Positions 58,147 through 64,000 of a stretch of 64,000 nucleotides of DNA are shown here, piece after piece; the stretch's first letter is position 1, and the number at the start of each line of letters is the position of its first letter. The notes under the pieces are model-generated. The model was not told where the DNA came from. It saw only the letters and a program-made list of their open reading frames with translations, and did not search any database. Position numbers and translations under genes: made by a program. Source of the stretch: Nitrosomonadales bacterium (lineage in GTDB: Bacteria > Pseudomonadota > Gammaproteobacteria > Burkholderiales > Gallionellaceae); the NCBI GenBank assembly GCA_016234685.1, contig JACRAT010000034.1, positions 23,689 to 87,688 on the forward strand. The letters run 5' to 3'.

Positions 58147-58265
58147 CCTGAAACGGCCACCCCACTCGCCCATCCGTTCGTCCTGAGCCTGCGGAAGCTC
58201 CGCACCGTGCGATGCACCTGCTGCTGCGGCATAGATTAATCGAGTCTGACCCTACTTCCTGCATT

Positions 58266-58377
58266 CTTTCGCCATCGCATCTCCTTGGAGTTGAATGATG
58301 GCTCGCCTTCCTCGCTTCTATCTGCCCGGCCAACCTTTGCACGTGATTCAGCGCGGCAATAACCGCGATCCCATTTT
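58266..58377 (+). pseudogene. 112-bp duplicate of the RAYT RBS and first ~28 codons
   Basis: Direct repeat of 58432-58543 with 2 mismatches. Confidence 0.9.
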
Positions 58378-58460
58378 TAATAAATGCATAATAAAGAATA
58401 AATGGGGTCAGACTCGATTTAATCTAATACACTTTCGCCATCGCATCTCCTTGGAGTTAA

Positions 58461-59159
58461 ATGATGGCTCGCCTTCCCCGCTTCTATCTGCCCGGCCAAC
58501 CTTTGCACGTGATTCAGCGCGGCAATAACCGCGATCCCATTTTCGCTGCGGATGCGGATTACCATTTCTATCTGCGTTGCTTGCAAGAGGCGGCTGAAAC
58601 GCATTCGCTCACCGTCCATGCTTATGTGCTGATGACAAATCATGTGCATTTGTTGGTTGCGCCGAAAACGGAAGTGAGTCTGTCCAAGACGTTACAGTCT
58701 ATCGGGCGGCGTTATGTGCAGTATTTCAATTACAGCTATCAACGCACGGGAACGCTGTGGGAGGGGCGCTATAAAAGCACTCTGATTGATAGTGAGCGTT
58801 ATCTGCTGACGTGTATGCGTTACATTGAGATGAATCCAGTGCGAGCGGATATGGTGGCGCATCCGAGTGAGTATCCTTGGTCGAGTTATCGCGCAAATGC
58901 GCAAGGGCGTGCGGATGCAGTGATTGCTCCTCACGAGTTATTTCAACGACTTGGACGGACGGATGATGAGCGCCAGTCTGCTTATCGGCAGTTGTTCCGC
59001 GCGCAGGTTTCTACGGCGGATGTGGATGCTATCCGCGATGCGACGAATAAGGGATGGGCTTTGGGCGATAGCCATTTCAGCGCAAAGGTGCAAGCTTTAA
59101 CGGAAAGGCGGGCCATGCCCCTACCCCGGGGCAGACCCAAACGAGATGTTGCGAAATAA
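58461..59159 (+). CDS. REP-associated tyrosine transposase (Y1 HUH, IS200-related)
   Basis: MARLPR, HVIQRGNNR, AYVLMTNHVHLL (HUH), GTLWEGRYKS, RYIEMNPVRA (catalytic Tyr), YPWSS. Confidence 0.95.
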   Translation: MMARLPRFYLPGQPLHVIQRGNNRDPIFAADADYHFYLRCLQEAAETHSLTVHAYVLMTNHVHLLVAPKTEVSLSKTLQSIGRRYVQYFNYSYQRTGTLWEGRYKSTLIDSERYLLTCMRYIEMNPVRADMVAHPSEYPWSSYRANAQGRADAVIAPHELFQRLGRTDDERQSAYRQLFRAQVSTADVDAIRDATNKGWALGDSHFSAKVQALTERRAMPLPRGRPKRDVAK

Positions 59160-59273
59160 TTCGAGTCTGACCCTTTTATCAACGGTGAGGGCGGATGCCT
59201 AGCGAAAACCCGATTTTGTCGCACCCGCGCAAGAAGTAATTGGGACGCAGGCACGCCCTACCTTGCCCCGCAT

Positions 59274-59663
59274 CTATTCCGCGAACTTCCCATCCAGATA
59301 GAACCAGCGACCATCTTCTCGCAGGAAGCGGCTGGTTTCGTGCATCCGTGCGGCGCGGCCGCCGATGCGGAAGCGGGCGATGAATTCGACCACGGCGCGG
59401 TCACCATCGGGTTGGTGGCGTTTGACTTCAAGGCCTAGCCATTTCGGTTTTGGGCCATCCAGCCCGGCATCGGGCGGGCGGGTGGTGCTGTGCCAAGTGG
59501 CGAGGATGTAGGGTTCGAGTTCCAGCACGTGGGCGCAGTAGCGCGAGCGCATCAGGCGTTCGGCATCGGGGGCGGCGGCTCCGGCGTGCAGTGGGCCGCA
59601 ACATTCGGCATAGCTGGCCCCGCTGCCGCAGGGGCAATCGGCGATGGTGTTCTTCTTTTTCAT
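59274..59663 (-). CDS. ychJ: YchJ family SEC-C motif protein
   Basis: CPCGSG..Y..CC, AE.LMRSRY, W.GL.V, VEF.A, E.S.F....GRW.Y.DG. Confidence 0.92.
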   Translation of the reverse strand: MKKKNTIADCPCGSGASYAECCGPLHAGAAAPDAERLMRSRYCAHVLELEPYILATWHSTTRPPDAGLDGPKPKWLGLEVKRHQPDGDRAVVEFIARFRIGGRAARMHETSRFLREDGRWFYLDGKFAE

Positions 59664-60037
59664 GGTTTCTCCTCGATAAATTCAAGCGCGTTGTCGTCGG
59701 GGTCGCGGCAAAACAACGCGGCGCGACCAGAACGGCTGCGGGTGTAGCGGATGCCTGCGCCATCCAGTCTGGCTTGCAGGCTGGCAAGGTCGCTGACGGC
59801 CAGTGCGAAATGGCGGTCACGCCCGCCGTGTTCGGGGCGCAGCAGGCCTTGCTCGGGATTCGGCAGGTGCATCAGGTGGAGTTGCTGCCCTGCGCCCAAG
59901 TCGTACCACACGCCGGGAAAACCGAGATCGGGTCGGGCGGGGTCTGGCTCAAGACCGAGCAAACTTTGGTAGAAAGCACACGCACGCTCAAGGTCTGCGA
60001 CCAGAATGGTGACGTGATGCAGCGCGGTGATCTTCAT
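59660..60037 (-). CDS. VOC/glyoxalase family protein
   Basis: LHHVT..V.DL..A..FY..LLG, HGGRDRH.AL, RDPD.N.LE. Confidence 0.9.
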   Translation of the reverse strand: MKITALHHVTILVADLERACAFYQSLLGLEPDPARPDLGFPGVWYDLGAGQQLHLMHLPNPEQGLLRPEHGGRDRHFALAVSDLASLQARLDGAGIRYTRSRSGRAALFCRDPDDNALEFIEEKP

Positions 60038-60118
60038 GGGCGGCTCAGGAATGGCAGGTGCGCGACTATAAAAGCGCGGGCGGCGAATGGCAATCGTCGT
60101 TTCGGCACTTGCCTCAAC

Positions 60119-61531
60119 TCAGGCAAGGTCTTGCAGTGAGGCGCTCAGGAAATACACACTGAAGCGCGTCCCCACCCCACCGTTGCCTGCGTCCAGTCGT
60201 ATCTCGGCGGAATGGCGTTTGGCGACTTCGGCGACGATGGACAAGCCCAGCCCGCTGCCGCTCTGGCCGCTGCCCAAGATGCGGTAGAAGCGCTCGAACA
60301 CGCGCTCGCGGTGTTGCGGAGCGATGCCGGGGCCATTGTCTTCCACGCTGAGTTCGGCTCCATGTGGCATGGACTTCACGCTGACGGTGATGTGACCATC
60401 TGCCGGGGTGTAGCGGATGGCGTTGTCGATGAGGTTGCTGAGCATTTCTGTCAGGCTGTTGGCATCGCCCTGTATCTCGACCGGCTCGGCCTCCCCTTCG
60501 TAGCCTAAGTCGATGTTCTTTTCCAGCGCCATCATCACCCAGTTGACCGTGCATTCCTGCGCCAGTTGGTTGAGATTGAGCGGGGCGAAGCTCTCGGCGC
60601 TGAGTCCGCCCGGCTCGTTGCGGGCCAGCGCCAGTAGCTGGTTGACCAGCCGGATGCCGTGCCGGGTGCTGGTGAGGATGTATTCCAGCGCGTGTTGTTT
60701 CTGCTCCGGGTCTTGCGTGCGCAAAGCCAGCTCGGACTGGGTCTTCAGCCCGGCGAAGGGGGTGCGCAACTGGTGGGCGGCATCGGCGACGAAGCGGCGT
60801 TGCGCCTGCATCACTTGCTTCAGCCGTTCGAGCAGATCGTTCACTGCGTCGATCAGGGGGCGCACTTCATCGGGTGCTTGGCTGCCGTCGAGCTGGCGCA
60901 AATCGTCGCGCTTGCGCTCCATCACTTCTTGCCGCAGACGCTCCAGCGGGGCCAGCCCTTGCTTGAGCGCGAACCAGACCGCGCCCACCGCGATCATGAT
61001 GAGCAAGAGCTGCGGGATAACGATGTTGGCGAGGATGCCACGTATCAGGGCTTGCCGCTGATGGATGGTCTCGGAAAGATAGAGCTGGTACAGCATCTTG
61101 CTGTCCGGGTTGTAGAAGATCAGGCTGACGGTGCGGGTCTTTTCGCCATCGTGCTCACTGCTGGTGAACAGCGGGTTGATCTTGCCGCCGCGATAAGACA
61201 GCGGGCGCCCCAGATTGGCATTGCCCGCCAGCTTCTTGCCGTGCTGGTCGCTCACGGTATAGAACACCTTGTCGGGCGAGGTGGGCGATTTTCCGTCCGG
61301 CAATTGCAGGTCGATGTCCAGCCGCTCTTTGCCGCCGCCCAATCGGAGCTGTTCGCCCACCGCCTGCGCACGTTGCAGCAAGACCATGTCGTAAGGCTTG
61401 TTGGCGTAGTTCAGCGTCGCCACATAACCCGCGATGGTGCTGAACAACCACAAGACGAACAGCGGCGTCAGCAGCCAGTTGATGAGGTGAACGCGAAGCG
61501 AAAGCGCGCTGCCTTCCATGTTGGGATTCAT
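60119..61531 (-). CDS. Sensor histidine kinase (TctE/QseC-like)
   Basis: Two TMs, HAMP, F.ADAAHQLRTP, NLIDNAIRY, GSGLGLSIV. Confidence 0.93.
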   Translation of the reverse strand: MNPNMEGSALSLRVHLINWLLTPLFVLWLFSTIAGYVATLNYANKPYDMVLLQRAQAVGEQLRLGGGKERLDIDLQLPDGKSPTSPDKVFYTVSDQHGKKLAGNANLGRPLSYRGGKINPLFTSSEHDGEKTRTVSLIFYNPDSKMLYQLYLSETIHQRQALIRGILANIVIPQLLLIMIAVGAVWFALKQGLAPLERLRQEVMERKRDDLRQLDGSQAPDEVRPLIDAVNDLLERLKQVMQAQRRFVADAAHQLRTPFAGLKTQSELALRTQDPEQKQHALEYILTSTRHGIRLVNQLLALARNEPGGLSAESFAPLNLNQLAQECTVNWVMMALEKNIDLGYEGEAEPVEIQGDANSLTEMLSNLIDNAIRYTPADGHITVSVKSMPHGAELSVEDNGPGIAPQHRERVFERFYRILGSGQSGSGLGLSIVAEVAKRHSAEIRLDAGNGGVGTRFSVYFLSASLQDLA

Positions 61532-62214
61532 TAACTGTTCGAGTCGGTGGCTTTGTCGATGATGTAGCCCAAGCCCCGGATGGTGCGGATGGTCACGCCT
61601 GCTGGCTCGATCTTTTTGCGCAACCTGTGGATGTAGACCTCGATGGCGTTGCCGCTGGCTTCTTCCGAGTAGCTGTAGAGCCGCTCGATCAGTTGGTCTT
61701 TGCTGAAGACCCAGCCGATGCGCGACATCAGCGCTTCCAGCACGCTCAACTCACGGGTGGTCAGTTCCAGCGGTTCGCCGTTTATCATGGCGCGACGTGC
61801 AACGCTGTCGAAGTTCAGCGTGCCGCAGGTGAACACCGGATTCACGCCGCATTGCCCGCGCCGGATCAGCGCCCGGACACGCGCCTCCAGTTCGGGCAGG
61901 CTGAAGGGTTTAATCATGTAGTCGTCTGCACCGAGGTCCAGCCCCTTGACCCTATCCTCTTCCGCATCGCGCGCGGTGAGGATGATGACAGGCACGCGCC
62001 GATTCTTCTCGCGCAGATTGCGCAGTACGCTGAAGCCGTCGACCTTGGGCATCCCCACATCGAGGATTACCAGATCGAACGGTTGGTCTCCGCACAGGAT
62101 GATGTTGGCAGCCAGCCCATCCTTGACGCAATCGACCGCATAGCCGGATTGGCGCATGGAACGGCACAGACCATCGGACAGCACTTCGTCGTCTTCAGCG
62201 ATCAGGATGCGCAT
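61531..62214 (-). CDS. OmpR-family response regulator (TctD/QseB-like)
   Basis: MRILIAEDD, LD.G.P..DG, GADDY..KPF, winged helix (EVYIHRLRKK, TIRGLGY). Confidence 0.95.
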   Translation of the reverse strand: MRILIAEDDEVLSDGLCRSMRQSGYAVDCVKDGLAANIILCGDQPFDLVILDVGMPKVDGFSVLRNLREKNRRVPVIILTARDAEEDRVKGLDLGADDYMIKPFSLPELEARVRALIRRGQCGVNPVFTCGTLNFDSVARRAMINGEPLELTTRELSVLEALMSRIGWVFSKDQLIERLYSYSEEASGNAIEVYIHRLRKKIEPAGVTIRTIRGLGYIIDKATDSNS

Positions 62215-62219
62215 GGGGA

Positions 62220-62236
62220 TGTAAGCTCTATGTAAG
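62220..62236. promoter_or_regulatory. TGTAAG-N5-TGTAAG direct repeat, candidate OmpR-family box
   Basis: 11-bp-period direct repeat immediately upstream of the regulator start codon. Confidence 0.5.
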
Positions 62237-62433
62237 TAGTTGGCCTTATGGTGCAGCGGGTAGGCGATGCCCCGGTCTCCAACGCGACTATTCTAAGTGG
62301 AGGCTGTGAATTCTAGCCAGTGGAATCTGCGAACGTCGAGCCGACCTCGCTATAATGCCCGGTATCACCGCGCGCTACGAAGCGCCCGATCCGGAATTTG
62401 CCGGGATGACAGCACGTTTATACCGAGAAGAAC

Positions 62434-62697
62434 ATGCAACTGACCGAGAAGCACAAACAGTATTGGCAGAAGAATCTGCGGCTGACCGGCGTGCTACTGG
62501 CGATCTGGTTCGTCGCAACTTTCGTCATCGCCTTTTACGCGCGTGAATTGCAGTCCATCACCATACTCGGCTTCCCCTTCCCGTTTTTCATGGGCGCGCA
62601 AGGCTCACTGCTGATCTATGTGGCGATCATCTGGTACTACGCCCATGCGATGCGCAAGCTGGATCGTGAATACGGCGTCAACGAGGGGAACGACTGA
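62434..62697 (+). CDS. Small membrane subunit of a sodium:solute symporter (DUF4212-like)
   Basis: YW..NLR....LL.IWF, GFP..F.M.AQGS; translationally coupled to the SSS gene. Confidence 0.88.
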   Translation: MQLTEKHKQYWQKNLRLTGVLLAIWFVATFVIAFYARELQSITILGFPFPFFMGAQGSLLIYVAIIWYYAHAMRKLDREYGVNEGND

Positions 62698-64000
62698 TGG
62701 CGCGCCAGTCTCAGACCCAGTTCTTCTCGCAACTCAAGCGCTATTACGCCTTCTACACTGGCGGCTTCGTCGCCTTCATCGTCATCGTCGCCATCCTTGA
62801 GCAGATGGGCGTGCCCAACAAGGCACTGGGCTACATCTTTCTGGCGGCGACCGTCGCCCTGTATGCCGGCATCGGCATCATGTCCAGAACGGCAGACGTG
62901 ACCGAATACTATGTGGCAGGGCGGCGCGTTCCCGCCTTGTTCAACGGCATGGCGACCGGGGCCGACTGGATGTCGGCGGCCAGCTTCATCGGCATGGCGG
63001 GCACCTTATATCTGAGCGGCTACGACGGCTTGGCTTTCGTGCTGGGCTGGACCGGCGGCTACTGTCTGGTCGCCCTGCTGCTGGCACCCTACCTGCGCAA
63101 GTTCGGCCAGTACACCATCCCCGATTTTCTCGGCGCACGTTACGGCGGCAACATCCCGCGCTCCATCGGCGTATTCGCCGCCATCCTGTGTTCCTTCACC
63201 TATGTCATCGCCCAGATCTACGGCGTTGGGCTCATCACCAGCCGCTTCACCGGGCTGGAGTTTAGCATCGGCGTGTTCGTCGGCCTCGGCGGCATCCTTG
63301 TCTGCTCCTTCCTAGGCGGGATGCGCGCGGTGACTTGGACTCAAGTCGCCCAGTACATCATCCTGATCGTGGCCTACATGATCCCCGTGGTCTGGCTATC
63401 GGTTAAACATACCGACAACCCGATCCCGCAGATCGCATATGGCTATGTGCTAGAGAAAGTCACCGTCCGCGAACAAGTGCTGAACGACCCGACCTCGCCC
63501 GACGGCGCACTCGAAGCCGAAGTCCGCGCCATCTTCCAGCAGCGCCAAGCCGCCGCAGAGGCACAACTGAAGGCGCTGGAGACGGGTGGCGTGGCTTATC
63601 TGGCGGCAGAGAAATCCAAGCTGGTGAACGCCGCCAGCGCCCTCGCCGCCGACCCGGAAGCCGATCCAGCCGCCCTCGCCGCCGCCAACCAAGCCGTAGC
63701 GGACTTCCCCTCCGACGAGAGCAGCGCCAGAGCCTTGTGGCGAAAATCCGCCGAGGCCGCCAAGGCCAAAGCCGCCCCCATCGCCTCCCACGCAGAGCCC
63801 TTCGCTGGGCCAGACGAAGCCACGCGCGAAAAGAAACGCAACAATTTCCTCGCACTGGTGTTGTGCCTGATGGTGGGAACGGCAGCGTTGCCGCACATCC
63901 TGATGCGCTACTACACCACGCCCTCAGTAGAAGAGGCGCGCAAATCGGTGTTCTGGTCGCTGTTCTTCATCTTCCTGCTCTATTTCACCGCGCCCGCGCT
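62697..64000 (+). CDS. Sodium:solute symporter (ActP/VC_2705-like), 3' truncated by the window
   Basis: Manual translation from ATG 62697: EYYVAGRRVPA..NGMATGADWMSAASF.G.AG, GTAALPHIL.RYYT. Confidence 0.92.
   Translation, partial: MARQSQTQFFSQLKRYYAFYTGGFVAFIVIVAILEQMGVPNKALGYIFLAATVALYAGIGIMSRTADVTEYYVAGRRVPALFNGMATGADWMSAASFIGMAGTLYLSGYDGLAFVLGWTGGYCLVALLLAPYLRKFGQYTIPDFLGARYGGNIPRSIGVFAAILCSFTYVIAQIYGVGLITSRFTGLEFSIGVFVGLGGILVCSFLGGMRAVTWTQVAQYIILIVAYMIPVVWLSVKHTDNPIPQIAYGYVLEKVTVREQVLNDPTSPDGALEAEVRAIFQQRQAAAEAQLKALETGGVAYLAAEKSKLVNAASALAADPEADPAALAAANQAVADFPSDESSARALWRKSAEAAKAKAAPIASHAEPFAGPDEATREKKRNNFLALVLCLMVGTAALPHILMRYYTTPSVEEARKSVFWSLFFIFLLYFTAPA

Larger units (their letters stand above)
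58232..59173. mobile_element. RAYT/TIRYT-like element with GGGTCAGACTCGATT motifs
   Basis: Motif copies at 58232-58252 (reverse), 58405-58426 (forward) and 59158-59173 (reverse) around a Y1 transposase. Confidence 0.8.

Noticed and set aside
58295-58528. 77-aa ORF as a second transposase
   Set aside because: Only the first ~28 codons match; the rest reads through repeat and filler DNA and lacks the HUH and Tyr motifs.

Overview
GC-rich betaproteobacterial chromosome segment. Gene content and repeat families suggest Nitrosomonadales/Gallionellaceae, but this is an inference. From left to right: (1) a minus-strand FIST(NosP-like) - hybrid PAS kinase - HD-GYP regulator - di-heme cytochrome c peroxidase operon; (2) SNase, pgpA, thiL, nusB, ribH and ribB(A/X); (3) an orphan RND pump; (4) a small AT-richer accessory patch (DUF6326-like gene, repeat mosaic, addiction-module/ParE toxin-antitoxin pair, hypothetical gene); (5) tldD-nitrilase-yhdP and a divergent glnE; (6) a ~21 kb chemosensory/c-di-GMP cluster (PAS kinase, NarL-type regulator, REC, MCP, cheY, STAS, cheA, MCP, cheW, CHASE hybrid kinase, cheR, cheD, cheB, MASE3-GGDEF-EAL, heme-PAS GGDEF); (7) a REC-REC-GGDEF and an Aer-like receptor carrying a periplasmic CxxCH; (8) a sulfate assimilation locus (cysB, TauE, sulfite reductase, cysH, cysD, cysN); (9) a REP-associated tyrosine transposase; (10) ychJ, a VOC protein, a TctD/TctE-like two-component pair and an SSS transporter. 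No rRNA, tRNA or CRISPR array was recognised. The strongest leads are a Y1/RAYT transposase whose GGGTCAGACTCGATT motifs bracket apparently captured DNA at two loci, palindromic repeats inserted in frame in thiL and glnE, a duplicated cysH 3' end differing only at synonymous sites, a CheA with a tandem MshEN-like c-di-GMP motif, and several redox/gas sensors. All calls come from reading the sequence and ORF track; no database searches were run.
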